Both the position numbers and the translations under genes were made by a program. The notes beneath the pieces are model-generated. The model was given only the letters and a program-made list of their open reading frames with translations, was not told where the DNA came from and searched no databases. Below, in pieces: positions 38,201 to 50,267 of a stretch of DNA of 64,000 bases (position 1 is its first letter; the number at the start of each line of letters is the position of its first letter). Origin of the DNA: Phoronis australis (Eukaryota; Animalia; Phoronida); assembly GCA_002633005.1 (NCBI GenBank), contig NMRA01000049.1, forward strand, positions 850,011-914,010, written 5' to 3'.

Positions 38201-41200
38201 GACCACAGCCGTGAGGGCGGACGCTGAGCTGCGGACAGTACCGGGTTCGTTCACACCCCTTAGATGCAAGCGTGCAAAATGTTATGGTGCCGGTAAGACG
38301 CGTTTGTTTGGTACTTCTTAGCAATGTTTACCGACATGGCTAAACATGCCGCAAAAAATATCGCGCCACCTTTTGGATAGTTTGCCTTTTGGTAAAGTTG
38401 GACATTATCATTCTCTTGCAAAGTTGCATTGTTATAATATTACCAGTCTCTTCTTGCACGGTGGTTTCTGTGTCTACTCCGAAGGGCCTTTACTTGGTGT
38501 TACTCTGGTGTTTAACCCTTCGAAGTACCAACTCGACCACGCCCTTATTGCATGCCCAGTGCGACTGCATTGTAGTGCTGAATTAAGCTTTAGATGGGGT
38601 CTTGGCCAAGTTTGACACCACTGGTAATCTGAAACACCCCTGGTCACCACAGTTTTCAATTCTCCTATGTCAACTCCTGTTCCCATCTTTACCGTTAATT
38701 CAAAAGTTGTCCAGTTTTTTGTCGTAAGATGTCTCTCCCTGGTTTGCGCGGGCCCGGCCTAGGCGAAAAGCCGGCACAACTTACGTATCAAAATAGATAC
38801 ATTAACAACCAATATTCAAATTCAAGGGGTTCTCACTTTTGTTTTATAGTCAGTGAATTTATAGCACCGTAAATTGAAGGAGCTTGTATTAAAAAGCAAC
38901 GAACATTTTGACTGCTATATGCTCATGCGCACTTTCACTCGATAAACATAAATGTTACTGGCACAGCAGATTAAGGTTACATGTATATTCCACAAAATGC
39001 TATTCTAAAAACACGGGCTGTCTATACAGCAAACCATGTGAAGAATTCAAATAAGTTGAATTTTACACAAATATATGTTGTTTTCTAGAGAAAACTGTTT
39101 CATTGGAAAGGCTTTCAGCACCACTCAAGGCTTGTTTACGAGCAACCTGTCAATCAAATCTCCCAACAACTAAGTCATTGCAAAGTCCAATCGTTGTTCA
39201 ACACACACACTGCCAAGTGAAGCCTGTAGTCTCGTTTCCAAATGCTAGACATTTTTATTCAATGCTATGCCGTGTAAAAGTCGTTAAATTGATTTAAAAT
39301 CGATAGCGTATTATTCTTAGAAAGTTGCTTATCACAGAACATATATTTGAGATCAGTCACAACACAGAAATTTTGATGAATGTTGTTGAACTTTAGCCAC
39401 TCCCCTATCATTCCTCCTTTCCCGAAACCGCAACTTTGCTGAAGTCGCATGATTACGTGACGGCGAGAATGCCACAGCTTTTTAACTGTCATGAATAGAT
39501 TTATTTCGACTCCAACTATAATATATCATATACTTTTGTGGGTTGGCAGTTGCTAATTAATTATACATGTGTATTTCAAGAAGACAGCATTTTTTATCAT
39601 GGGTACATGTAACCTCAGGATTCAGCGATTTGAAATTTTTTCCGTCATTTTGCAGAGTACATGGACTACGACGGATTCAGCTATTTCGGAAGTCACGGCG
39701 ACAAGTTAATGGTTGAAACTTTCAGCAAGGAGACGCATCGACGACAAGGGAAGCAAAGCATGGGTATGACTGTGACGGATGAAGACTGCTACCCCGTGTC
39801 AATGGTGGTGAACGGCAAAAGCTTCTGGGGCTTGAGTAAGTTCTCGCGTAGTCATTCCTGTGGTGTTAGAAGAAATGGCAGTCACCAGTGTCGCAACGTA
39901 CAGGGAGCGTTCCTACTGGACAAGTTTGCGTTTTTTAAAAGACGTTTAAATCGGTTATAAACGCCGTACCGTCCACGAACTGAAACGATTTACACCACTT
40001 ACCGCTTCACGTAAAGAATCCTACGTTGACACACTAACCGGTCGAGGAAGAGCAACTCGACCGGTGTACGCACCTCAGAATCTGCCGGTTTAGATCAAAG
40101 CCACCATGCTGTTGTGGTTGATTAAATTGCATCAGGCTGGTAATGTTATCATTCTCTAGATAATGAGACTCACCAGAAAGACATTGTGGGCGACAGTAGT
40201 ATTTCTAAAATTTCGTTTGGAATGTTTGTGATAAGTTTTTGGATTTTGAAAATTGGACAAGGTATGTGATTTTTACAACCTAAAACTTTTGTTTAATGTC
40301 ACAATAATATGTTCCTCAATAACTCTGTTGGGTGGGTAACATAATTTACCACAAGGCAGCAAATGGATTTTGAAGTAAGCCAAGCGTCATCGTACTATTC
40401 TTGGCATGTTTTCAATTGGCCCCAACTTGTTCCTTACTGAAATGAGAAGTGATTTCCGGGTTTGCAAAGAACTTCGATGTGATCATGTCTGGTGCATAAA
40501 ATGACACGGCGTCGATCGACAATTTACGTCAAGCTGTCGAGCATGTTCTCAAACAATAACGAACTGTCAATTCTTAAGTTCGAAGCTCTGAAATCGCCTC
40601 CGATTTGACGAAAAGGCCAGTTGCGATCAATTAACGGTCAATGGTTTGAATCAAAGTTGTTTTTTTGTGAAGGAAGGCGGGTTGAGGCCACTTTATGAAA
40701 AATTTGTGTAGATCCCGTATTTTGTTGTAAGTTGCAAACTGCACTATGCAGCCAACCTCTTGGTAGAATTAAAAATGTTGCATTCAGTATCACGTTCATT
40801 ATCCAATCCGGATTAACACGTTTTCATGCGGATGTCTAATGATTCATAACTCACATCGTTCGGGATGAATATGCGCTATTCGCGACTCTGCGTTTCGTGC
40901 CTCATTGAGCTAGTGGGTCAAGATTTAGGCCCTTTTCGACATTTTTGCTCCAGTTTGAACAAGAACACTACCAAATTGCTACAGGTGTACGACATATGCA
41001 AAAAATATTACTTTGACGCTTTCATAAGCCCGCTTTGTGTGCTATAAAAAGACGGAATTTCTTAATCGACATAAACTTATAGTGATTTTCAGTCTCAAGT
41101 CATGCATATCCATACGTTGCGTCTTCGAAGACAGTGACCAAAAATAGCCACATAAGAACAAAATCACACAGTAAATCTGTTTTAACGCTTACTAGGCTAC

Positions 41201-41777
41201 GGAACCAAATCTTTGAAGCGCTTTGTAAAAGCATGCCGTGTGGTTTAAAGCTGCATTCCGCCTTGTTAAGTTGGCTACAACACGAAAATCGAATTAGGCA
41301 CTTAATTCTCATAAAATCAGTCTCACAGTATTTCTGAGGGTGATAGAATTCTGTTTCCATTACCAACAGGAACATCAAAGCCATCAGCTGCTTAAGATAA
41401 CGTTTGGAAATTTATTATTGGGGTTGGCCAACCCTAAAATTGCGAATTCGAAAATCGCGCATGCACGCATTGCCTGTGATTTGAGTGGACGACAAATTTA
41501 AGTGGAATATTGCCACGGAATGGAACGTTATGTCACCTATTTTATAAGTGAAAGGCCTGATTCAGTTTTCGTTTATAGGCAGCTAAACAGATTAAGTGCA
41601 AATAAGACGTTGCACAACATTTTGTTTCGGTTTTCAGATTTCGGGTAGTCTTTTGACCCAAGTCTTCATTCTTTCTTTCCAGGTTCTTTGTTTGAGGTCG
41701 TTAGCTGGGCAAACATCAAAGATGGTATTGCTGACGTCAGCGTATTTGATCTTCCAGACAGTTGTAAGAAACTGTAG
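35078..41777 (+). CDS. Secreted ependymin-related protein (EPDR family), 212 aa, 5 coding exons
   Basis: join(35078..35263, 36677..36763, 37947..38037, 39656..39835, 41683..41777) = 639 nt, GT-AG and in phase. Signal peptide MRMKSLLAVVMVFLGCVCLSEA; ependymin-family motifs CCFPDQFEG, KKCTK, QCIT, VTDEDCYPV, ANIKDGIADVSVFDLPDSC. The start could alternatively be 35063 or 35084. Confidence 0.88.
36677..36763 (+). CDS. EPDR coding exon 2
   Basis: ttgcag|ATT...AAT|gtgagt; IPIYGSFDFKDKRVAMKNNEFSVIMDLAN. Confidence 0.85.
37947..38037 (+). CDS. EPDR coding exon 3
   Basis: ttgcag|AGA...ACAA|gtaagt; RTHFLITRNGKKCTKRRIEHDLADNMQCIT; supplies the two expected Cys and the phase 0 to 1 change. Confidence 0.85.
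39656..39835 (+). CDS. EPDR coding exon 4
   Basis: ttgcag|AG TAC...TTGA|gtaagt; YMDYDGFSYFGSHGDKLMVETF...VTDEDCYPVSMVVNGKSFWGL. Confidence 0.88.
41683..41777 (+). CDS. EPDR last coding exon
   Basis: ttccag|GT; SLFEVVSWANIKDGIADVSVFDLPDSCKKL-stop. Confidence 0.88.
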
Positions 41778-44272
41778 TATTAAATTCATGTGATAATTGT
41801 AGGGAGGTAACGAGTAGAAAAATGGCGTTGATTAGGTAGATTTTGTGATGAAATCTAGTCAGTACACATTTTTAAACATTCCACACTGCTAAAAAGCGAA
41901 CGGATTAATCCCGAGAGTAACCTTAAAGAGAGTTTCAGAAAAAGTACACCTATCGCTGAAAGGAAACTTGACTAAAATTTAGCCTACACAGGCCTCCTTT
42001 CGTAAATGTTATGAATGTATTTAGGGTCAGATGTTCGTCAACATTGGTGAGTTTAACACGTGTTTCATTGTGTTGTTGTAAAGTATAATTAAAGGAACCT
42101 ACTTTTTGGATGTTGTGTATATAGATTGATCTTAAGTAATTAACATCGCTTACTTTGTGATGTATTGGATTAGTTGCCGTAATGTGCAATGAATTGCCTT
42201 CGGGACGCATTTTTTGCAGTCAACAATTGCAGTCAACGATGACACCAGAATTTTTCAAATCGAGAATCACAATATATTAACACAATCTCTTATGTACAAT
42301 AGAATACGTTGCGCAACAGTAGTCTAACTATACTGTACAGTTGAAACAGCATACACAATGGTCTCATTACACTCAGAATTAAAATTTACAAAATTGTAAA
42401 CGAGTAACCCAATCTGACAGTAGAGAACTAACTTTGTCAGTTTTGGAACAACTCGCCATATCCAGTCCATGAGACCCGACAAGTTTTATGAACGAGAAAA
42501 TTAATTAAGCATGATGTCATTGTGGGACACATAGTAGGTCGAAGACAAATGACTGACTCGGAAATGGATGAGATGCAGGAACTGAACATAAAGCTAAGGT
42601 TTTATGGGACCTTATAGACAAATAAGTGCATTTAGCCAAATATTCTTCTACAAAATAGCAGATTTCAAGTAGGTGAACGTATGTTTTTCTTGAAAGTAAA
42701 AAGCCTGCAGGATTTTATCAATCTGACATTAGTTGAGTCACATGACCATACATTTTCAGTAATAGACAGCAAAAACACGTAGCTACATCGAGATCAACAT
42801 GACCAGATTTTGTGTAAAATAAATGTGCCAAAGGAAATCTTAAAAACTTTGCTACAGTTTTCTGAATTAATATTTCGTTTTCGTTTGATGCAACTTTTGA
42901 TTTTATTGTGAATATTATAAAAGTCCAATTATTGATTACCCCTCATACAAAAGTGGGACTTTTTGAAAACCGATTCAACGTTTTGGAGAACTTTGTATCA
43001 AGTATATTATCTGGAACCCGATCACCAATCTCTGAGACATGATGTTTCAAAATTCACAAAATTTAGACATTTTTCTAGTATCCTACATAACCGTAAAAGG
43101 CACAATATAAAATTATCCAAACGTAACAAACCAATCCACGTGTTTCGTGACCTCAAGGAGGTTTTCTTTACTCGAGTGATGAAATCTCGCTTCATGCTCT
43201 GACACGACCAGTAGCCATGGTCGGCAATTATTAGAGAGAGCGTCGAAACTATCAACTTGGTCGACGCTGTTGTGAATACTGTGCCTTTAGCTCCTGTCAT
43301 AAGGTTATGCTATCATAAACTTGTCCAAAACCACAGATAATTTCAGTATAAATTTGGCTAATTTCGGTCACATCATATCTCGAAAATGACTAATCGGATT
43401 AAAATGAAACTTTCAGATACCGTGCGTCATGCACTAATCTCTAAACCGGTGTTAGAGATTGTTTTAAAAATCACCAACTTTTGGAAGAGCGACTATCAAA
43501 AGTTGCATTACGTGTACATGAAGCGGGAATTTAGAAAACTGCTCAGCGTTTTTGAGATTTCAGTTGATATTGAATACAATGTATATTTATATCAAACGTC
43601 GTTTGATGAAGTTATTGTTGCCGTTGATTTGATAGGAGTGTAAACAGACATGGTAACATGACCCAATCAATAGCAGATTGGCATGACAACAAAACATCTA
43701 CCTACTTTCAGAAAATGTGTACTTTTACTGAGTTAGATTTTATAGTTTGTAGATATTTGACTGAAGGCGCAGACTTGTCGATAGGGTCCTTATTAAACGT
43801 AAGCCATGCGAGAAGTGTCCTTAGGTTAGGGTAAACACTTCTCAAACATGAAAAATAATGTTTGTGCTCAGTGATATCGATGACAATTAGGGTCATAAAA
43901 AACAAAACGTTTTGCTATACTTCTCGGCTAAGCCAATGAGCTCCTGGTATAGCTCATTGTCTAAACCGTTACCGGTCATACAAGATTTGGGTTTAGTTCC
44001 ATAGTCCGGCGAAGGTTCTGTGACCAGTAGGTAATAATTTTCGGCAAAGGACTATAGCCAGTTGACTATTAAAGGGCCAAAGAGATAACATTTTTGTATC
44101 TTCATTCGGACCTTTGGACCAAAGAAATCCGGCCTATCATTGGCTCGTCGGTGCTACGTCACTCATGTGCAGCCAATGGTAGAACTCGTCGGACTATAGA
44201 ACTTCTGAACTTTCGAAAGGACTCCAACTACTATCACACGTCCAATCCAGAGTCCAGAGACTTGCCTTCGAT

Positions 44273-47200
44273 CAGCTGATCAAGTCTGCAGAGAAGCAGA
44301 GTAACAACTATTTACATTTTTTTTTACAACATTTGCTTCATAATGTGGCAACGTTTATCAGCATTTACTATACATGTACAAGTCAAGTTGATGGAGTTAT
44401 CCTGTCCCTCATCCTCTTCTGAAATGTGAATGTTAAGGTTTTTGTGTTATAATCACTAGAAATACAACTCCCCAGTTATCTTGGAATGACATATTTCAGC
44501 GTCAGTTGTTCCTCCGCGGGACCTCATTAACTACTTCCGGCCGTTTTGCCTTCTAAGTCATTTGATTGTTGAGCTGACTAGTCGCCATCTCACCACTGTT
44601 GCATGTATAGTTAATGAGGGCCGAGAAAACAATGCTTATAGATGAAACATGCTTTTTGGATAATCGACATTTGTGCTTTTAATAAAGAAATCAAAAGTTA
44701 AACCCCGATGCAAGTTGATAGGATACAAACTTCGATTCGTGATTGGGATTTTATGCAAATTAACGTGAACTAAGATATCATATCTACTTGATGCAAACCA
44801 AAGCATGTTTTACATGTAGTCTACATCAAAAATAGTATTGATTAGAACAGGTGTAACCTACGCGTAAAATTTTTAGGCACCTGTTGTTAAATATACAGCA
44901 AGCTGTGAGAACTATAAAACATTCATTTGATGCGCCAACGTTAAACACACACGCACACGCAAAACACACACTTGTATGCAAGTTATTCAGAACTATAGAG
45001 CAGAGGGTAGTACCAGGGTCCAGAGGCGGATCTACAGGCGGGGGTTCAGCGGGTTCCCCCCCCCCTTCGGGACAGGCTCAAAGATAAAAATTGAAAAAAA
45101 AAAATCTCCAGAAAACCCCCTCCCGACCTTCCTTCGGCTCGGCGCTACGCCCCTCAGATTCGCTCGAATCCTACCCCCCCGCCCCCTTATTGAAAACGTA
45201 GATCAGCTGCCACTGGGGCCGGTTTAAGATTCGACTCGGGAGCCCTGAGCTATAGGAGGCCCGGGATTCTGGTATAATTTGAGCAGTTCCCGGTCACCAT
45301 AAATTCCGAGCTACCCCCCAGTCGTCACATTTGTCGGGATGCAAATTTTCACCCTCCTTCCGGTCGCCACAAATTATTCAAAGAGTCTGTAGCTAGTGAC
45401 GACACGGGCTCCTGCAGTACGTACAGGACCCTAAGCTCTATGTTGCTTACTCGATTAACAGATAATCCGGTATTGAGCGTAAATCACACAGATATTCATG
45501 CTTCAATATTCTAAATCCACTACAAGTAAGGCTGTGGACTCAAGAGATCTCCAGAAAGTAGGCTACGCGCCAGAGATAGATTTCAATCCACTACATGCAG
45601 CTTCTTCGAGAATAGCCGTGTTCCGTCACGGAAATTCCCGTGAACACATTAAACATAATGTCTATCACACAACTGAGAAAATGCACGCGTAAAAGCGCGC
45701 TAACAATGACTCAGAATTAATGCACTGCGCACGTGTATTATTTAACCTTAATTCAGCCAATAAACCTAGTTGTTTGCATTCATGGCAATCGAGATTGGGG
45801 ATGCATTCCGTAGACACTCGCGAGTATAGCTTGTGCGATCACGTGCTTCGCTTGAAATGCTTTGGGATATTTCGGTTGCCTTGCAAGAAACTAGCTCCAA
45901 GTAACGGTTGTCTTGTGGTAACAAGCGTGACGCCAAGACTTCCATTTTGCCGGAAAGGTGTCGTGTACCTATAAGCTTGTAACACACCGAGATAGCGTAT
46001 CCAGTCGATATCTGTCAACACGAAAACTCGGGTTTCACATTCGTCTTGCAAAGTGAAATCGTTCTTCCAGCGCTACAGCGCTTAGCTGAGGAACAGTGTT
46101 CGCACGTATGAAATAATCACCAGACTGTCTTAAGTCCACACCCAAGGGTCAGTACAGTTCTCCATAGTGTTATTAAAAACTGAATNCAGCTGATCAAGTC
46201 TGCAGAGAAGCAGAGTAACAACTATTTACATTTTTTTTTACAACATTTGCTTCATAATGTGGCAACGTTTATCAGCATTTACTATATATACAATGTACAA
46301 GTCAAGTTGATGGAGTTATCGTGTCCCTCATCCTTTTCTGAAATGTGAATGTTAAGGTTTTTGTGTTATAATCACTAGAAATACAACTCCGCAGTTAACT
46401 TGGAATGACATATTTCAGCGTCAGTTGTTCCTCCGCGGGACCTCACTAACTAATTCCGGCCGTTTTGCCTTCTAGTCGCCATCTCACCACTGTTGCATGT
46501 ATAGTTAATGAGGGCCGAGAAAAAAATGCTTAAAGATGAATCATGCTTTTTGGATAATCGACATTTGTGCTTTTAATAAAGAAATCAAAAGTTAAACCCC
46601 GATGCAAGTTGATAGGATTCGTGATTGGGATTTTATGCAAATTAACGTGAACTAAGATATCATATCTACTTGATGCAAACCAAAGCATGTTTTACATGTA
46701 GTCTACATCAAAAATAGTATTGATTAGAACAGGTGTAACCTACGCGTAAAATTTTTAAGCACCTGTTGTTACATATACAGCAAGCTGTGAGAACTATAAA
46801 ACATTCATTTGATGCGCCAACGTTAAACACACACGCACACGCAACACACACACTTGTATGCAAGTTATTCAGAACTATAGAGCAGAGGGTAGTACCAGAG
46901 TCCAGAGGCGGATCTACAGGCGGGGGTTCGGCGGGTTCAACCCCCCCCCCCTTCGGGACAGGCTCAATGATAAAAATTGAAAAAAAAATCCCTCCCGACC
47001 TTCCTTCGGCTCGACGCTACGCCCCTCGGATTCGCTCGAATCCTACCCCCCGCCCCCTTATTGAGAACGTAGATCAGCTGCCACTGGGGCCGGTTTAAGA
47101 TTCGACTAGGGAGCCCTGAGCTATAGGAGGCCCGGGATTCTGGTATAATTTGAGCAGTTCCCAGTCACCGTAAATTCCCAGTCGTCACATTTGTCGGGAT

Positions 47201-48059
47201 GCAAATTTTCACTCTCCTTCCGGTCGCCACAAATTATTCAAAGAGCCTGTAGCTAGTGACGACACGGGCTCCTGCAGTACGTACATGTACAGGACCCTAA
47301 GCTCTATGTTGCTTACTCGATTAACAGATAATCCGGTATTGAGCGTAAATCACAGAGATATTCATGCGTCAATATTCTAAATCCACTACAAGTAAGGCTG
47401 TGGACTCAAGAGATCTCCAGAAAGTAGGCTACTCGCCAGAGATAGATTTCAATCCACTACATGCAGCTTCTTCGAGAATAGCCGCGTTCCGTCACGGAAA
47501 TTCCCGTGAACACATTAAACATAATGTCTTTCACACAACTGAGAAAATGCACGCGTAAAAGCGCCGCTAACAATGACTCAGAATAAATGCACTGCGCACG
47601 TGTATTATTTAACCTTAATTCAGCCAATAAACCTAGTTGTTTGCATTCATGGCAATCGAGATTGGGGATGCATTCCGTAGATGCAAGACACTCGCGAGTA
47701 TAGATTGTGCGATCACGTGCTTCGCTTGAAATGCATTGTGATATTTCGGTTGCCTTGTAAGAAACTAGCTCCAAGTAACGGTTGTCTTGTGGTAACAAGC
47801 GTGACGCCAAGACTTCCATTTTGCCAGAAAGGTGTCGTGGACCTATAAGCTTGTAACACACCGAGATAGCGTATCCAGTCGATATCTCTCAACACGAAAA
47901 CTCGGGTTTCACATTCGTCTTGCAAAGTGAAATCGTTCTTCCAGCGCTACAGCGCTTAACTGGGGAACAGTGTTCGCACGTATGAAATAATCACCAGACT
48001 GTCTTAAGTCCACACCCAAGGGTCAGTACAGTTCTCCATAGTGTTGTTAAAAACTGAAT
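44273..48059. repeat. 1.9 kb tandem duplication (44273-46185 and 46187-48059) joined by a single N
   Basis: Both copies start CAGCTGATCAAGTCTGCAG and end AAAAACTGAAT; they differ by scattered SNPs and small indels; N at 46186. Confidence 0.95.
45021..45215. mobile_element. GC-rich hAT-like MITE (second copy 46903-47086; related end at 61555-61712)
   Basis: Termini CAGAGGCGGATCTAC / GTAGATC..GCCACTG with G and C runs inside. Confidence 0.6.
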
Positions 48060-49076
48060 CATTGCCAAAGTGTCAAATCATATACGTTTGAAATATATTA
48101 TGCCCGGGCGTCACATTTCTTTCATAAACATGAAAGTCATGTTTCTGTATCCAATATGCTACTTCGTTTGACTGGGATCGAATATCGTGGCACTTTACGT
48201 ACCACAATTGGTTCTCAAAAACTGAAACTGTCGACGTTTCTGTATAACAACTACATGTATACATTTACTTTTAGCATTGTGTCGCAGTTTGCCAAATACA
48301 AAACCTTATATTCTCCGCAGACCAAGAATATGAAACGCGAAACAGTGAATATCCCATCAGGCATAAGATATTAGGATTATCATCAATATTTGATAAATTA
48401 CGTAACACAAATTGTTGTGCTATCGAGCTAATTTGACGCCAGATTCAATTAACATGATAGATAAGCATGGATAGAATTCAAAGAGTCATTTACCTCCGAA
48501 AACATCCGATACACCGCAGTGTTATCACACTCTAAATTATGAGAAATACAAAAATAACAGCTGATGTTGCATGACACTGAAGCTTTACTCATAAATAAAC
48601 AACTCGTGCCAACAAACAAAAATAGGGCCCAAACAAGAATCCTGGTATGATTTTCTAGATCCCCTTGTTAGGCTACTCGTGCACGTTTTAGTGCAAATGC
48701 AAAGGGAAGTGTCCCTCGCGTCTAGTCGTTTAAACGAGTTAGCTGGCCATAGACTGATTGAAAAAAGGGTTTGACGCTTGATTGCTATCACACCATTTGC
48801 AACATTGATTACCACGCATGCGCACTGATACAATTTCCGTCTTTATCCATCACTTTCCATCCCAAGCGACGTTGAATGTAAGTGCGCGTAATCATATTCA
48901 TCTATATGATACCTTGATTACTTCTCTTTGGTTAAGCTAAACACCGATTTCACCTCCACTGAAATGAACAAATTGAGAAAATAACGGATTAATTTCTAAA
49001 CGGAACAGAAAAATATTTCTTCTTGGGTTTCACAGCATCTTATAGACAGTCATCAGTGTTATACCCTACTGCTGTT

Positions 49077-50267
49077 CTAAACCGTGGTGTTGGTGATTTT
49101 GGTTCTTCCGTTAGTGTATTGGTTAACGCTATTGGGCGAAGAATTGCTTGATCTGCTTCTAAGCAGGTTTGGCCGTTTCACAGACGTCCAAAACAGTTCG
49201 CTGAACGTGTCCCGAAACTGTTTCGACATAGTGCAGTAAAGAATGAAGTTGATGCTACCGTTGAGAATGGTCAGAATGTCCATTGTGTCACCCAGAGGAG
49301 AATACACATCTTGAAAGAATCCTTTTAGTAGACCGCTTAATAGAGCGATGATGCCTTGCGGGAATTCAGTAACGAGAAACAGCACAACCACCGCGACTAA
49401 CATCATGGTCGTTCGTTGAGTTCGCCGATCACGTGCCGTCTCCGTCGTTTGCGTAACTTCGCTTGTTCGTGGTAAAAGTTGATTTCCCATTTGACGACGT
49501 TTTTCATCAACTTGTTTCATGGTTCTAACAAGTAAAATACTCATGATGGTGAGACCGAAACAGGGCAGTAAACGAATGAGGAGCGCGTGAAACCAGAAAT
49601 TGACTTTTTCAACATAGATATCAGACTCGGTTTCGTTTCTGGTCACAACATAGTAGCACTTTGCTCCTGGGGTAACAGTGACCCCTGGTTCCTCATCACA
49701 AAATTCGTCGATAATATGTAGCAATACAAAGTTTGGTATGCTTATTATAAGCGACACTAAATACACACAAAACACGGCAAATTTGGCACGAGAAAGGCTG
49801 CAAACTCTCATTCCATGTTGAGGAAATCGAATGTAGATGTAGCGAAACACGGCAAGAGTCACCGTCAGCCAGATTGAAATGGTATGAAGCAGGACACTGA
49901 TCGATGCGTAGAAAATAATAAAATGCGCCGAAGCCAGCGTGTTTCGCTCTGGAGAGGGCGAGGGCGGAAACACGATGTACATCCAGATAGCAAACGGCAA
50001 ATAGGCGCTCATTGCCAACATATCGGAGATAGCTAACGCAGTCAAAATACAGTTGGTTGCTGAACGCATAGACTTCCTCGTAAGCACTATGATGTTAATC
50101 AAATTTGTACAAACACCAAAGAAGCAAACAGCAGTGGCAAAATAGCCGTGTACGTCCCCATACGAGTTCTGCCATTTAAGAAGCAAAGACATTTCTCCCT
50201 CAGCTTCTTGAGTCGCTTGAGCGTTTTCCGGTGAAATCGTGTAAGAAGGTCCGTTCGTGATATCCAT
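49077..50267 (-). CDS. Class A peptide GPCR, DMSR/myosuppressin(myomodulin)-receptor-like, intronless CDS
   Basis: 396-aa ORF with 7 hydrophobic segments; NIIVLTRKSMRSATNCILTALAISD, HTISIWLTVTLAVFRY, RRTQRTTMMLVAVVVLFLVTEFPQG, LGDTMDILTILNGSINFILYCTMSKQFRDTF are typical of Drosophila MsR / C. elegans DMSR-type receptors. Confidence 0.93.
   Translation of the reverse strand: MDITNGPSYTISPENAQATQEAEGEMSLLLKWQNSYGDVHGYFATAVCFFGVCTNLINIIVLTRKSMRSATNCILTALAISDMLAMSAYLPFAIWMYIVFPPSPSPERNTLASAHFIIFYASISVLLHTISIWLTVTLAVFRYIYIRFPQHGMRVCSLSRAKFAVFCVYLVSLIISIPNFVLLHIIDEFCDEEPGVTVTPGAKCYYVVTRNETESDIYVEKVNFWFHALLIRLLPCFGLTIMSILLVRTMKQVDEKRRQMGNQLLPRTSEVTQTTETARDRRTQRTTMMLVAVVVLFLVTEFPQGIIALLSGLLKGFFQDVYSPLGDTMDILTILNGSINFILYCTMSKQFRDTFSELFWTSVKRPNLLRSRSSNSSPNSVNQYTNGRTKITNTTV

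Noticed and set aside
39089-39297. Alternative candidate for EPDR exon 3
   Set aside because: No suitable donor or Cys pattern; 37947-38037 fits phase and motif.
43940-44010. tRNA gene (GGTATAGCTCA...GGGTTTAGTTCC)
   Set aside because: The cloverleaf does not fold; at most a decayed SINE head.
44884-47925. Pairs of near-identical ORFs suggesting duplicated small genes
   Set aside because: They result from the 1.9 kb duplication; frameshifting indels separate the copies and no recognisable domains are present.
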